From Elainellaceae cyanobacterium (lineage in GTDB: Bacteria > Cyanobacteriota > Cyanobacteriia > CAZCXK01), in assembly GCA_051117555.1 (NCBI GenBank), contig JBNPEG010000120.1, positions 1 to 64,000 of the forward strand: a stretch of 64,000 nt of DNA, written 5' to 3'. The position numbers were made by a program, and so were the translations under genes. The notes beneath the pieces were generated by a model, which saw only the letters and a program-made list of their open reading frames with translations, searched no databases and was not told the DNA's origin. Below are positions 20,747 to 32,053 of the stretch, piece by piece. Every line of letters starts with the position of its first letter. Positions within the stretch are counted from its first letter, which is position 1.

Positions 20747-22009
20747 TTGTCTCGTCGTTATCTTTTTACATCTGAATCGGTCACCGAAGGCCATCCTGAT
20801 AAGATTTGCGATCAAATCTCGGATGCGATCGTTGACACCCTGCTCGCTCATGATTTAGGCAGTCGGGTTGCGGCTGAGGTTGTCGTCAATACTGGCTTAG
20901 TGCTGATTACTGGCGAAATCTCCTCTAGCGCTCAGGTTAATTATGTCGATTTGGCGCGCCACAAAATTGCTGAGATTGGTTATACTGACGCGACCAATGG
21001 ATTTTCGTCCGATAGCTGTTCTATTCTAATTGCCCTAGATGAACAATCTCCCGATATTGCTCAAGGAGTCAATCGGGCCCATGAAGCAAGAGAGAAAGCC
21101 AGTGATGAAGAGCTAGATACGATTGGCGCGGGTGATCAGGGCATCATGTTTGGGTTTGCCTGCAATGAAACCCCTGAATTTATGCCGATGCCGATCAGCT
21201 TAGCCCATCGAATTGCCCGGAAGCTTTCCGTGGTCAGAAAGATGGGACAGCTTCCATATCTTCGACCAGATGGTAAAACTCAAGTCACTATCCTCTACGA
21301 AGAGGGTCGTCCAATTGGAATCGATACGATTCTAATCTCAACCCAGCACACTCCTACAATCGGCGATATTGTCGATGACGCGGCTGTTCAAGAGAAGATT
21401 AGACAAGACCTGTGGACCTATGTGGTCGAACCCGTATTTGGCGACATTGATGTGAAACCTGACACCAACACTCGCTTTCTTGTCAATCCAACAGGCAAAT
21501 TCGTCATTGGAGGACCTCAGGGCGATTCAGGATTGACGGGACGCAAAATTATTGTTGACACCTATGGCGGGTATTCACGGCATGGAGGCGGTGCATTTTC
21601 GGGTAAAGATCCGACCAAAGTTGACCGCAGTGCTGCCTATGCGTGCCGATATGCGGCTAAAAATATTGTTGCCGCTGGCTTAGCAGAGAAGTGTGAAGTA
21701 CAGCTTAGCTATGCAATTGGCGTTGCTCGACCCGTTAGCATCTTAGTTGAAACGTTTGGCACAGGCATTGTTGAAGACGATCGCCTATTAGAGCTTGTTA
21801 AGCAGCATTTTGAGCTTCGTCCGGCTGGCATCATTCAAGCATTTGGCTTGACAAAACTACCGGGTGATCGAGGAGGCCGCTTTTATCAAGATGTCGCGGC
21901 ATATGGACACTTTGGTCGTCCCGATTTAGATTTACCGTGGGAGCGGACTGATAAAGCTGCGCTGCTTAGAGATGCTGTTAGCTCAACGTTATCAGGCGCT
22001 CCAGTTTAA
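20747..22009 (+). CDS. metK: S-adenosylmethionine synthetase
   Basis: [19 protein letters not shown] and [12 protein letters not shown] start with GGAGAGG SD. Confidence 0.98.
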   Translation: MSRRYLFTSESVTEGHPDKICDQISDAIVDTLLAHDLGSRVAAEVVVNTGLVLITGEISSSAQVNYVDLARHKIAEIGYTDATNGFSSDSCSILIALDEQSPDIAQGVNRAHEAREKASDEELDTIGAGDQGIMFGFACNETPEFMPMPISLAHRIARKLSVVRKMGQLPYLRPDGKTQVTILYEEGRPIGIDTILISTQHTPTIGDIVDDAAVQEKIRQDLWTYVVEPVFGDIDVKPDTNTRFLVNPTGKFVIGGPQGDSGLTGRKIIVDTYGGYSRHGGGAFSGKDPTKVDRSAAYACRYAAKNIVAAGLAEKCEVQLSYAIGVARPVSILVETFGTGIVEDDRLLELVKQHFELRPAGIIQAFGLTKLPGDRGGRFYQDVAAYGHFGRPDLDLPWERTDKAALLRDAVSSTLSGAPV

Positions 22010-22037
22010 TGACCGATTTTTTAATGACCGATTAATG

Positions 22038-22400
22038 TCAATGACCAATGACTTGTTCATCAATCCATCGGAGATAGGATTGTGAACCCCTCAGGATGGG
22101 AATTGCAATAATTTCTGGCACCTCGTAGGAGTGGAGTTCGTTAACCTTGGCTTCAAGAGATGTAAACGTCGACAGGTCTGTTTTGATGATGAGTTGCCAC
22201 TCCTGATCGGTTTGAATCTCGCCCTTCCAGGTGTAGATTGATTGAATGGGAGTGATACTCACGCATGCCGCGATCTGAGCTTTAACAAGAGCTTGGGCGA
22301 TCGCGCTGGCTTCCTCTTGAGAGGATGCAGTCACCATTACGATGCCGTAGGTCCCTTCAGCAGTGGCCGACATATTGGATGAGTCAGATTGATGGGTCAT
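22038..22400 (-). CDS. cutA: Divalent cation tolerance protein CutA
   Basis: AACVSI..SIYTWKG..HSYEVPEIIAIPI; ATG 22400 or 22373 more likely than 22517. Confidence 0.9.
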   Translation of the reverse strand: MTHQSDSSNMSATAEGTYGIVMVTASSQEEASAIAQALVKAQIAACVSITPIQSIYTWKGEIQTDQEWQLIIKTDLSTFTSLEAKVNELHSYEVPEIIAIPILRGSQSYLRWIDEQVIGH

Positions 22401-22517
22401 AGGTGATTCTGTTTGAGTCAGAAGATTAAATCGAAGGCCGATCGAGTTGGCTGAGCAGATGAAAGGAGCGGGTCGGCCAATTCTCTTAGCACCGCAAACC
22501 ACGCGAGAGGAGCCCAA

Positions 22518-23414
22518 TTAGACTGAACGTTCTGGAAGCAGATGGGGGGTGATTGGGTTCATTGCGAGCAAGTCTAAATATCGACGCGTTGAATCAGTCA
22601 GGCTGTTTCTGGAAATCTGAGCACCTTCAATCTTTACACCCAGCAGTTTGGCATCATCCAAATCTGCATGGGTCAGGTCAGCCTTGCTGAGATCGCTCCA
22701 GTCTAAATTGGCGTGGTTCAACGAGGCATGGGAAAGATTTGCGCCCGAAAGATTTGCGCCTTTCATCATGACACCTCGGAGTTTAGCTTCACGCAAATTA
22801 GTCTGCTCAAGATTTGCGCCTTCTAAATTGGCACCACTCAGTCTGGCTTGGCTAAGGTTGACTCCATTGAGATTGATGTTCCGTAAGTCCAAGCCGTTTA
22901 GATAGGCTCCCCTAAAATTGACATCATTCAAAAAGGCATCTTGAAGCACCGCACCGCTGAGCCGAGCCCTGCTCAAATTTGCCCAGTTAAGGTTGGCCCG
23001 AGCGAGATTTGCACCTCTCAGGTTGCTATCTGACAGATGAGCACCACAAAGATTAGCCCGTTCAAGCTGACCACTGCGAAGATTGACATGGCTAAGATTG
23101 GCTCCGCTAAGCTTTGCGCGCGAGAAGTTTGACTTGACGAGGAATGCGCCCGCTAAATCTGCCTTGGTCAAATCAGCATTTTCAAAATTGCTATCACTCA
23201 GCTTTGCAAAGCGTAGATCTGCCCAGTTGAGGAATGCTTCAGCCAATACAGAGCTTGTTAAAAATGCTCGACTCAAGTCGGCACCCATCAGGTTGGCTCC
23301 AGTTAGATCCACTCCAATGAGAGTGACTCCGCTGAGGTTGATACCTCTCAGGTCAACGCCGATAAAGTCTCGGCGTCCTGCATCGTACTGTTTGAGTAGA
23401 TAGCTAGCATCCAT
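22518..23414 (-). CDS. Pentapeptide repeat protein
   Basis: YDAGRRDF N-cap followed by continuous A(N/D)LxG repeats. Confidence 0.93.
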   Translation of the reverse strand: MDASYLLKQYDAGRRDFIGVDLRGINLSGVTLIGVDLTGANLMGADLSRAFLTSSVLAEAFLNWADLRFAKLSDSNFENADLTKADLAGAFLVKSNFSRAKLSGANLSHVNLRSGQLERANLCGAHLSDSNLRGANLARANLNWANLSRARLSGAVLQDAFLNDVNFRGAYLNGLDLRNINLNGVNLSQARLSGANLEGANLEQTNLREAKLRGVMMKGANLSGANLSHASLNHANLDWSDLSKADLTHADLDDAKLLGVKIEGAQISRNSLTDSTRRYLDLLAMNPITPHLLPERSV

Positions 23415-24068
23415 AGGGTATGAATCCCTTTATGCGTTGAAACATCTGTGATGACTACGGCATCAAAATGGGTAAACCGCTTCCGGTTCGACATCTAGAG
23501 CGTCTCTTAGCTCGCCCTCTCACCCTATATTCATATATCTTACAAAGCATTCAAACGCTGCATTCGCCCCTAAATCCGCTACTTTTAGAGAGATCCCGAT
23601 TCTTAGAGTCCCCGACTTGGCTAAGCGTTCACCGAACTCCAGCATGGAAATTTACAAGAGACAGGCTTAACCACGCATCAGAGAACTTGTAGTGTACATA
23701 GTAAAGGGGGAACCGTTTCGGTTTATCCGTAGACAATTATCCGTAAAGATTTAGCCTGGATACGGGGTATTTAATTTCCTTTAAGGACTTGGACGAATAG
23801 CACTGATGTTAGAGTTTCCCTTATTTCCTACGTTAAGCCAGAGAAATCGGTCCTAGAAGAACTTTTAAAATTGCTTGACGTATTGGTAAAAAACGAAAAG
23901 TAAGAAACGACAATCCATATCGAACGACGTCTGAAACATTGATTGGATCAAGGGTTGAGTCTAAACGGATGATGTTACGTTTCTTAACGTAACCTGCCAT
24001 CACCTGAGCATTCCTGCACAGGACATAGCCGGGGATGATGTGACGTATTGAGAAGATACTAGGAGTGA

Positions 24069-24764
24069 GTGATGGTCAAGCGATTCATGTTTGGGGTGAT
24101 CTGGATTGGGTTTATCGGATATGCATTTTTGCTAGCTCCCCCCGATCAACCCGATACCTGGATGCTGATTCAAGATTTGTCTACAGGGAATTGGGATGCC
24201 ATAAATCCTTTGATTGTTTCCCTGTTTAATCTCATGGGTATTTGGCCGTTGATCTATGGTTGTGTAGTGGTTGCAGATGGTCAGGGCCAGCGGATTTCAG
24301 CCTGGATCTTTTGGTTGGTCTCGTTTGCTGTCGGTGCATTCGCTCTATTGCCCTATCTTGCATTGAGACAGCCAAATCCCACGTTCGCAGGACCGAAAAA
24401 TCTCTGGCTAAAAATCTTAGACTCTCGGCTTACGGGGCTAGCGATCGCCACTGGAGCATCGGGGTTCTTAGTCTATGGGCTGATTGCTGGCGATTGGGCT
24501 GCCTTCATTCAGCAATGGCAGACGAGCCGCTTCATTCACGTTATGAGTTTAGATTTTTGTTTGCTTTGCGTGCTGTTCCCGACTGTGTTGGGAGATGATA
24601 TGGCGCGGCGAGGGGTAAGCCATTCAGCCGTTTTCTGGGCGGTCTCGCTGATTCCGCTGATTGGGCCTGCTGCTTATCTGGCGCTTCGCCCTCCGTTAGT
24701 GGTGACTCCCAATTTGGAGGCGACCCCTGCCTCGTCCTCCTCATCCGTCGAAACGTTTTCTTGA
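24069..24764 (+). CDS. Conserved membrane protein (DUF2834-like)
   Basis: Multiple TM helices; GAFALLPYLALR, SRFIHVMSLDF and DDMARRG. Confidence 0.7.
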   Translation: MMVKRFMFGVIWIGFIGYAFLLAPPDQPDTWMLIQDLSTGNWDAINPLIVSLFNLMGIWPLIYGCVVVADGQGQRISAWIFWLVSFAVGAFALLPYLALRQPNPTFAGPKNLWLKILDSRLTGLAIATGASGFLVYGLIAGDWAAFIQQWQTSRFIHVMSLDFCLLCVLFPTVLGDDMARRGVSHSAVFWAVSLIPLIGPAAYLALRPPLVVTPNLEATPASSSSSVETFS

Positions 24765-24831
24765 ACCAAATTACGATAAATTTTAATTTTGCCCCTGACC
24801 TTACATTCCCGGACGACGATCCGAGCCGCCT

Positions 24832-25566
24832 ATGGTTATGCCAACTCAGCCCAAGCTCTATGAGGGTAAAGCGAAAGTTCTTTACCCAACGGATGATCCT
24901 GACATTTTGCTGACGTTTTTTAAGGATGATGCGACTGCGTTTAATGCCCAAAAGCGCGGCAGCATTATAGGTAAGGGGGAAGCAAACTGCGCAATTTCGG
25001 GGCATTTGTTTCAACTCCTAGAAAACGAGGGCATCCCGACCCATTGGATTGATCAACCCTCACCGAACACGATGAGGGTTCGTGCGGTCAAGATTGTGCC
25101 GCTAGAAGTTGTCGTCAGAAATATTGCGGCAGGCAGTCTTTGCAAACAGACAGGGCTAGAGCTGGGGACGGTTTTGAGGCAGCCGCTCGTCGAGTTTTAT
25201 TACAAAAATGATGCGCTTGGCGATCCGCTGCTGACGCGCGATCGCCTCTTGCTTCTAGAGCTTGCCTCACCTGAGCAAGTCGACCAGCTTCATCACACCG
25301 CTCTCCAGATTAACGAGATTCTCTCACAGTTCTTCGATCACTGTGGCATTACGCTAGTTGACTTCAAACTTGAGTTTGGGTGCGATCGCCATCAACGATT
25401 GCTGCTAGCCGATGAAATCAGCCCTGACACCTGCCGATTGTGGAACCAAACAGAATCTGATCCCAGTCAACGAGTTATGGACAAAGATCGATTTCGTCAC
25501 GACCTGGGAAATGTTGAATCTGCTTATCAACAGGTGCTTCAGCGAGTATTGGCTCAGCACGTTTAA
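24832..25566 (+). CDS. purC: SAICAR synthetase
   Basis: LYEGKAK, FKDDATAFN, DFKLEFG and ADEISPDTCRLW. Confidence 0.97.
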   Translation: MVMPTQPKLYEGKAKVLYPTDDPDILLTFFKDDATAFNAQKRGSIIGKGEANCAISGHLFQLLENEGIPTHWIDQPSPNTMRVRAVKIVPLEVVVRNIAAGSLCKQTGLELGTVLRQPLVEFYYKNDALGDPLLTRDRLLLLELASPEQVDQLHHTALQINEILSQFFDHCGITLVDFKLEFGCDRHQRLLLADEISPDTCRLWNQTESDPSQRVMDKDRFRHDLGNVESAYQQVLQRVLAQHV

Positions 25567-25776
25567 CCAATAGCGACGCCTGAACGTCTTGATCTCACCT
25601 GATTGACCTGATTTAGACGCAGATATTGTGTAGATCTCGGAGGTTGCGCCAGCAATGCTGTAAAATTTCTCCGTTCGAGACTGTTAATCGGTATAGATTT
25701 TTTGTTCGTCTGGGTTTCTGTATTCTCCAGTTAGGACAACTCGTGGTGTGTGGAAGTGACAGAAAAATTAAACTCT

Positions 25777-28086
25777 ATGCGTTTCTCTCCTGTTTTATTG
25801 GCAGCGTTTACTTTCTCAGCAGGTTTGGGGCTTTCGAGTCCCGCAAAATCCCAAGCGGCGGATTCTGTGATTTCTAGCCTTGGTGAGAGGGGCGTTGATA
25901 CGTTAGTTGATACGGCAACCGAGTATCCGGCGACGGATTTGAGTCAACCAGGAATAGTCGCATCCGTCAGTGAGCCAGAAATCTTGGTGTCTGACCTGCT
26001 GGCTCAAGCCACGCCTTCCTCATCTGAAGCGGCAACAGATCGAGGCGATGCCGTGCAGGAGAGTGCAGATGAACCTCGAGTGGATGCATCCGATGCAACC
26101 AAACAAGATGCCGAAGACGATCAGACCGAAACGCCCATCCCCGATGTCCCTGACGATGCCGAACCTCCTGGAGATGCACCTAGCCCCCCGCTGCTGGATC
26201 AGGCGCCATCGCCCGATCAGCCGCCATCGCCCGATCAGCCCCCAGACGATCAGGCTGAAGACGAACCCCGCGTCTTAGTATCTGAGGTGGTGGTTGAAGG
26301 AGTGGACGATCGCCCCGATTTAGAAACGACTGTCTATGATGCGATTCAGACTCGCCCTGGACGAACTACGACGCGATCGCAACTTCAGGAAGACATCAAT
26401 GCCGTTTTTGCGACCGGGTTTTTCTCGAACGTCAGAGCGGTGCCCGAAGATACGCCGTTGGGGGTACGGGTCACATTCCAAGTCGAGCCCAATCCTGTCC
26501 TGCAAGAAGTGCAGGTCGAAAATAGCGCCCTCCAAGCTCAAGACACCACCTTAGAATTTGAAGGGGAACAACTGACCATTCAGCAAATTGCCGATCGAAT
26601 CTTTTCTCCTCAGTATGGAATGACGCTAAACTTGCGAGAGTTTCAAACGGGAATTGAGCGCCTCAATCAAACCTATCAAGATAATGGCTATGTGCTGGCT
26701 CAGGTCGTTGATGCTCCTCAAGTATCTCCCGATGGCACTGTGACCTTGGAAGTGGCTGAAGGGGTGATTGAAGACATCGAAGTCCAGTTTTTGAGCGACG
26801 AAGGACAACCGGTCGATGAAGAAGGCGAGCCCATCGAAGGTAGGACGAGGGATTTCATCATTACCCGTGAGTTTGAGTCAGAACCGGGAGATATCTTCAA
26901 CCAGCAGCAGATTCAGCGAGATTTGGAGCGGGTATTTGGGTTGGGCATCTTTGATGACGTTCGGGTGTCCCTTGATCCGGGTGAAGATCCGCGCAAGGTG
27001 GATGTAATTGTCAATGTCATCGAAGGAAATACAGGGTCGCTCGCCGCAGGGTTGGGCTTTAGCTCTGCGAGCGGTGTGTTCGGTAGCGTGAGCTATCAGC
27101 AGCAAAACCTCGGCGGCAATAACCAGCGTCTCGGTGCCGAGGTGCAGATTGGGGCCAATGAGCTGTTCTTATTCGATATTCGATTCACCGATCCGTGGAT
27201 TGCAGGCGACCCGTACCGAACCTCGTACACGGTCAATGCGTTTAGTCGTCGGTCGATTTCTCTGATTTTTGACGGGGGAGAAGAGGACGTTGATCTAGAC
27301 AATGGCGATAGCCCTCGCGTCAACCGATTAGGAGGCGCCGTTAGCTTTAGCCGTCCTCTCGATGAATGGCTCGGGTGGGATGATTGGCGAGGGTCTGTGG
27401 GCTTCCAATATCAGCGGGTGAGAATCACGGACTCGGATGGCGATTTAGAAGCCGAAGACGAACTAGGCAACGATTTGAGCTTTAGCGGCAGCGGGCGGGA
27501 TGATTTGTTTACGCTCCAGTTGGGGCTTGTGCGCGATCGCCGCAACAGCAGTACTCAGCCCACGAGTGGTTCTCTCCTGAGGATTGGGAGTGAGCAGTCA
27601 GTGCCGTTGGGCGTGGGGAGCATTTTCTTCAACCGCGTGCGAGCCAGCTACAGCTACTACATCCCGGTCGGCATCACCAACTTTACAGACGGGCCAGAAG
27701 CATTGGCATTCAACGTCCAAGGCGGAACGATCCTGGGTGACTTGCCGCCCTATGAAGCCTTCTCATTGGGAGGAACGGATTCGGTACGAGGCTATGAAAC
27801 GGGTGACGTAGGCAGTGGTCGGAGTTTTCTACAAGCGACCGCCGAATATCGTTTTCCAATTTTTTCGATCGTGGGGGGTGCTCTGTTCGTTGACTTTGGG
27901 ACTGATTTGGGAACAGCAGATGATGTGCCTGGAGAGCCTGCCGAAGTTCGAGAGAAACCCGGCACCGGGTTTGGATATGGGCTCGGCGTGCGAATTCAGT
28001 CGCCTCTCGGTCCAATTAGGGTTGATTATGGTATTAATGACGAGGGAGACAGCCAAATTCACTTTGGTGTGGGAGAGAGATTCTAA
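25777..28086 (+). CDS. bamA: Omp85/BamA outer membrane assembly factor
   Basis: Signal peptide, acidic Pro-rich N-terminus, POTRA domains, SVRGY motif, C-terminal FGVGERF. Confidence 0.93.
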   Translation: MRFSPVLLAAFTFSAGLGLSSPAKSQAADSVISSLGERGVDTLVDTATEYPATDLSQPGIVASVSEPEILVSDLLAQATPSSSEAATDRGDAVQESADEPRVDASDATKQDAEDDQTETPIPDVPDDAEPPGDAPSPPLLDQAPSPDQPPSPDQPPDDQAEDEPRVLVSEVVVEGVDDRPDLETTVYDAIQTRPGRTTTRSQLQEDINAVFATGFFSNVRAVPEDTPLGVRVTFQVEPNPVLQEVQVENSALQAQDTTLEFEGEQLTIQQIADRIFSPQYGMTLNLREFQTGIERLNQTYQDNGYVLAQVVDAPQVSPDGTVTLEVAEGVIEDIEVQFLSDEGQPVDEEGEPIEGRTRDFIITREFESEPGDIFNQQQIQRDLERVFGLGIFDDVRVSLDPGEDPRKVDVIVNVIEGNTGSLAAGLGFSSASGVFGSVSYQQQNLGGNNQRLGAEVQIGANELFLFDIRFTDPWIAGDPYRTSYTVNAFSRRSISLIFDGGEEDVDLDNGDSPRVNRLGGAVSFSRPLDEWLGWDDWRGSVGFQYQRVRITDSDGDLEAEDELGNDLSFSGSGRDDLFTLQLGLVRDRRNSSTQPTSGSLLRIGSEQSVPLGVGSIFFNRVRASYSYYIPVGITNFTDGPEALAFNVQGGTILGDLPPYEAFSLGGTDSVRGYETGDVGSGRSFLQATAEYRFPIFSIVGGALFVDFGTDLGTADDVPGEPAEVREKPGTGFGYGLGVRIQSPLGPIRVDYGINDEGDSQIHFGVGERF

Positions 28087-28182
28087 CGTAAGGTCGGATT
28101 AGGGCTTGGAGCATGTTCTGCAAAGGATCATAGTTCTGGCTATGAGGATATTTCAATCAGTCGTTTGAATATTGTTTGAATA

Positions 28183-29103
28183 ATGGAGCAGGGAGGAGCA
28201 ATTCTGCAATCAGATATGATTCAGTCGTTGAGCGATAAGGACGTTAACGGCTTCTCATCGATGTATGCGGTTCAGCAGTCTACCGTAGCAGCCTCTATTG
28301 AGCAGAGTGGAATTGGTTTACATTCTGGGACGGTTGCACGCGTGTGTATTGTGCCTGCCGAGCCCAATGACGGTCGATATTTTGTCAGAACAGATTTAGA
28401 CCCATCTCGTCGCATTCCAGCACGCGTGGATGCAGTAAATCAGACGGTGCTCTCGACGGAGTTGGCTGTAGATGATGCCCAGGTGCAGACGGTCGAGCAT
28501 TTGCTGTCTGCGTTAGTGGGTATGGGCATTGATAATGCTCGCATCGAAATTGATGGGGCTGAGGTGCCGCTGCTCGATGGATCTGCGTTGGGTTGGGTCG
28601 AGGCGATCGCCCGGGTTGGCACCGTGACGCAAGCTGCTCAGCGTCGATTTCTTACGGTAAAGGCTCCTGTCTGGGCATGCCAGGGCGATGCATTTGTGGC
28701 AGCATTCCCCGCAGACCAGCCCCGATTTACCTACGGCATTGACTTTGACTTACCTGCCATTGGCAATCAGTGGTTTAGCTGGTCGCCTCACCAGACTCCC
28801 TTTTCTGAGGCGATCGCACCCGCGAGAACCTTTGGGTTAGCCCATCAAATTGAGCACCTGCGACACCGTGGGCTCATCAAAGGCGGTAGTCTAGATAATG
28901 CCCTGGTTTGCGGCGCTGACGGCTGGCTCAATCCTCCTCTAAGATTTTCAAATGAACCAGTGCGTCATAAACTTTTAGACTTAGTAGGAGATTTAAGTTT
29001 ATTGGGTGCGCTTCCTGTCGCCCATATTCTCGCCTATAAAGCTAGCCATAGCCTGCACGTTCAATTTAATCAATCCCTGGCCAATGTTTTCCTGTTTACT
29101 TAA
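28183..29103 (+). CDS. lpxC: UDP-3-O-acyl-GlcNAc deacetylase
   Basis: [23 protein letters not shown] and [11 protein letters not shown]; start uncertain. Confidence 0.95.
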   Translation: MEQGGAILQSDMIQSLSDKDVNGFSSMYAVQQSTVAASIEQSGIGLHSGTVARVCIVPAEPNDGRYFVRTDLDPSRRIPARVDAVNQTVLSTELAVDDAQVQTVEHLLSALVGMGIDNARIEIDGAEVPLLDGSALGWVEAIARVGTVTQAAQRRFLTVKAPVWACQGDAFVAAFPADQPRFTYGIDFDLPAIGNQWFSWSPHQTPFSEAIAPARTFGLAHQIEHLRHRGLIKGGSLDNALVCGADGWLNPPLRFSNEPVRHKLLDLVGDLSLLGALPVAHILAYKASHSLHVQFNQSLANVFLFT

Positions 29104-29158
29104 AGGGATAGTCTGCTTCTGCCTTCACATTTTGTAGCCCTACTGAAGTTGTTGACTC

Positions 29159-29674
29159 ATGTCCATATTGACTGACGTTCATACCACCCCACATTCCGAA
29201 GCCGATTCTGACCAAGAGGTTGCGAATCACGACTCTCATCAACCGATTCTCACCGTTGAAGAAATTCAGCAATTGCTCCCCCACCGCTATCCCTTTTCGC
29301 TGGTTGATCGCATCATCAGCTATGTTCCTGGAGAGCGAGCCGTTGGCATCAAGAATGTCACCTTTAATGAGCCCCATTTTCAAGGACATTTTCCTGGACG
29401 CCCCATTATGCCGGGCGTGCTCATTGTCGAAGCAATGGCTCAGGTTGGCGGCATTGTGTTGACCCAACTGCCCGACGTGCCAGAAGGGTTGCTCATGTTC
29501 GCCGGAATTGACAAAGTTCGCTTCCGTCGACCCGTGGTTCCGGGAGATCAGCTGATGATGACGGTCGAGCTAATTTCGGTGAAGCGTCGTCGGTTTGGCA
29601 AAATGCAAGGGCGTGCTACCGTTGATGGTCAGCTCGTTGCCGAAGGCGAACTGATGTTTTCTTTAGTTGATTAG
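29159..29674 (+). CDS. fabZ: 3-hydroxyacyl-ACP dehydratase
   Basis: [27 protein letters not shown]. Confidence 0.97.
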   Translation: MSILTDVHTTPHSEADSDQEVANHDSHQPILTVEEIQQLLPHRYPFSLVDRIISYVPGERAVGIKNVTFNEPHFQGHFPGRPIMPGVLIVEAMAQVGGIVLTQLPDVPEGLLMFAGIDKVRFRRPVVPGDQLMMTVELISVKRRRFGKMQGRATVDGQLVAEGELMFSLVD

Positions 29675-29821
29675 GAATTGGGAGCATTCAACAGCAATCA
29701 GTCTTGTTAGAGTCAAACAGTGGATTCTAGCAACCTCATACGCTAGCATCCAGGTGTTAACCCTAAATAGGATTAGCGATGTTCTAAAGGCTGATTGCTC
29801 CATGCGAGGGGAGATTCATCC

Positions 29822-30646
29822 TTGACTACTCTGATTCATCCAACTGCTGTTATTCATCCGGGGGCACGGTTGCATTCCACTGTCCAAGTGGGAGCCTATG
29901 CTGTCATCGGAGAAAAAGTTGATGTTGGGGCGAATACAGTCATTGGCCCCCACGTTGTGCTTGACGGCTGGACTGAAATCGGAGAGAGAAATCGCATCTT
30001 TGCAGGCGCAGCGATTGGCACAGAGCCTCAAGATTTGAAGTATGACGGCCATCTCAATTTAGTCAAAATTGGAGATGGGAATCGAATTCGAGAATATGTC
30101 ACCGTTAATCGAGCCACTCGGGCGGGTGAAGCCACCACGATTGGTAATGACAATCTATTGATGGCGTATGCTCACGTTGCTCACAATTGCGTGATTGACG
30201 ATCAGGTGATCATTGCGAATGGGGTGGCGTTAGCAGGGCATGTGCGGATTGAGTCTCAAGCCCGGATTAGTGGTCTTGTCGGTGTTCATCAGTTTGTGCA
30301 TATTGGTCGCCTCGCCATGATTGGCGGTATGAGTCGAATTGATCGAGATGTGGCCCCCTATATGATGATTGAGGGAAATCCGGCACGGGTGCGATCGCTC
30401 AATCAGGTCGGGCTTCAGCGAGCTGGGATTGCCGATCTCGATGATGGGAAAACATTACACGTCCTCAAAAAAGCGTTTCGTATCTTATATCGGTCGGGGT
30501 TGACGCTCACAGACGCGCTCGAGCAGCTTGACATGCTTCCAGATAGTGAACCAATTCGCCATTTACGCCAGTTTCTTAAACTCAGCCAAACGCCTGGACG
30601 GCGCGGTCCCATTCCGGGGCGGCGAGGATTAGGGGTGCGAGAATAA
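29822..30646 (+). CDS. lpxA: UDP-GlcNAc O-acyltransferase
   Basis: IHPTAVI hexapeptide repeats, PQDLKY, HVAHNC and VHQF; TTG 29822 with SD. Confidence 0.96.
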   Translation: MTTLIHPTAVIHPGARLHSTVQVGAYAVIGEKVDVGANTVIGPHVVLDGWTEIGERNRIFAGAAIGTEPQDLKYDGHLNLVKIGDGNRIREYVTVNRATRAGEATTIGNDNLLMAYAHVAHNCVIDDQVIIANGVALAGHVRIESQARISGLVGVHQFVHIGRLAMIGGMSRIDRDVAPYMMIEGNPARVRSLNQVGLQRAGIADLDDGKTLHVLKKAFRILYRSGLTLTDALEQLDMLPDSEPIRHLRQFLKLSQTPGRRGPIPGRRGLGVRE

Positions 30647-30736
30647 CAAACGCGCTCTAGAAAACTGGATAGGGCGTATAGGTCTGTCACCCATGTAGAA
30701 ACGGGATACTCAACGTATTGTTGGAGACGCCATATT

Positions 30737-31936
30737 GTGGGGCAAACGGGGCGCATTTTTATCAGTACGGGTGAAGTATCGGGCGACCTCCAGGGATCGA
30801 TGCTGATCGATGCGATCGGGCGATGCGCAGCGCACTCTGGCATGGAACTTGACATCGTGGCACTGGGGGGCGATCGCATGGCGAGATCGGGAGCGACGCT
30901 GCTGGGTAACACAAGCGCCATCGGGTCGGTGGGGCTACTTGAATCCATTCCCTATGTGATACCGACGCTGAGGCTCCAGCAGCGAGTTCATCGCTATTTG
31001 CGCCAGCATCCGCCTGATTTGGTGGTGATGATTGATTATGTGAGTCCGAATATCAGTCTAGGGCGATATCTAGCGCGATATTTACCCACGGTGCCCATTG
31101 TCTACTACATCGCTCCGCAAGAATGGGTCTGGTCATTTGGCTCGGGTAATACTAGCCAAATTGTGTCGATGACCGACCGCATCTTGGCAATTTTTCCTGA
31201 AGAAGCCCACTACTATGCGAGAAAAGGCGCCGACGTTAGCTGGGTGGGGCATCCCCTGGTGGATTGGGTGCAGTCTGCACCGTCTCGCGCTCAGGCGCGA
31301 TCGCAGTTAGAGATTAAGTCTGATCAAATCGCGATCGCCCTGTTTCCCGCATCCCGTCGCCAAGAAATCAAATCTCTGCTCCCCGTCATCTTTGAAACGG
31401 CTCGTCGCCTCCAAGCGATGCTTCCCCAGGTTCATTTTTGGATTCCAGTTTCTCTTGAGATTTATCATCAGCCGATTGCTCAAGCCATTCAGCGCTATGG
31501 GTTGAGAGCCACGCTCGTATCGGGTCAGAGTCAAACCGTGATTGCAGCCGCAGATTTGGCGATCGCCAAATCTGGAACCGTCAATCTTGAACTGGCATTG
31601 ATGAACGTGCCCCAGCTTGTTCTATATCGGGTGAATCCGGTCACCGCGTGGATCGCCCGCCATGTGCTGCGGTTCTCCATCCCGTTTATGTCGCCAACCA
31701 ATTTGGTGCTAATGGAACCTGTCGTCCCTGAATTTTTGCAAGACGATGCTACCCCAGAGAAGCTAACCGCGGGTGCGCTCCGGATCGTACAGGATGACGC
31801 GTATCGACAACAGATGCTCGATGGCTATCAGCGAATGCGTCAGGCAATTGGGGAACCTGGAGTGTGCGATCGCGCGGCTTACGAGATTCTCGATAGTTTG
31901 CCTAAATCTGTAATTCGGAATAGCTCAATCTCCTAA
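30737..31936 (+). CDS. lpxB: Lipid A disaccharide synthase
   Basis: STGEVSGD, APQEWVW, VGHPL, PASRRQE and SGTVNLE. Confidence 0.95.
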   Translation: MGQTGRIFISTGEVSGDLQGSMLIDAIGRCAAHSGMELDIVALGGDRMARSGATLLGNTSAIGSVGLLESIPYVIPTLRLQQRVHRYLRQHPPDLVVMIDYVSPNISLGRYLARYLPTVPIVYYIAPQEWVWSFGSGNTSQIVSMTDRILAIFPEEAHYYARKGADVSWVGHPLVDWVQSAPSRAQARSQLEIKSDQIAIALFPASRRQEIKSLLPVIFETARRLQAMLPQVHFWIPVSLEIYHQPIAQAIQRYGLRATLVSGQSQTVIAAADLAIAKSGTVNLELALMNVPQLVLYRVNPVTAWIARHVLRFSIPFMSPTNLVLMEPVVPEFLQDDATPEKLTAGALRIVQDDAYRQQMLDGYQRMRQAIGEPGVCDRAAYEILDSLPKSVIRNSSIS

Positions 31937-32053
31937 TACTCATTCACATTTCTGTCTGAAGATCTTTCATGGTGAATGAGATTGTCAGTACGGTAAAGCT
32001 AGATTTACTAGTTGAATCTAGTTTTACTAGTTGAATATTGTCACTCCTTCGTC

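Noticed and set aside
22648..23403. Antisense ORFs over the pentapeptide gene
   Set aside because: Shadow frames created by repetitive codon usage
26198..26253. 18-bp repeats in bamA as a mobile insert
   Set aside because: They encode in-frame DQ(A/P)PSP repeats in the Pro-rich linker typical of cyanobacterial Omp85
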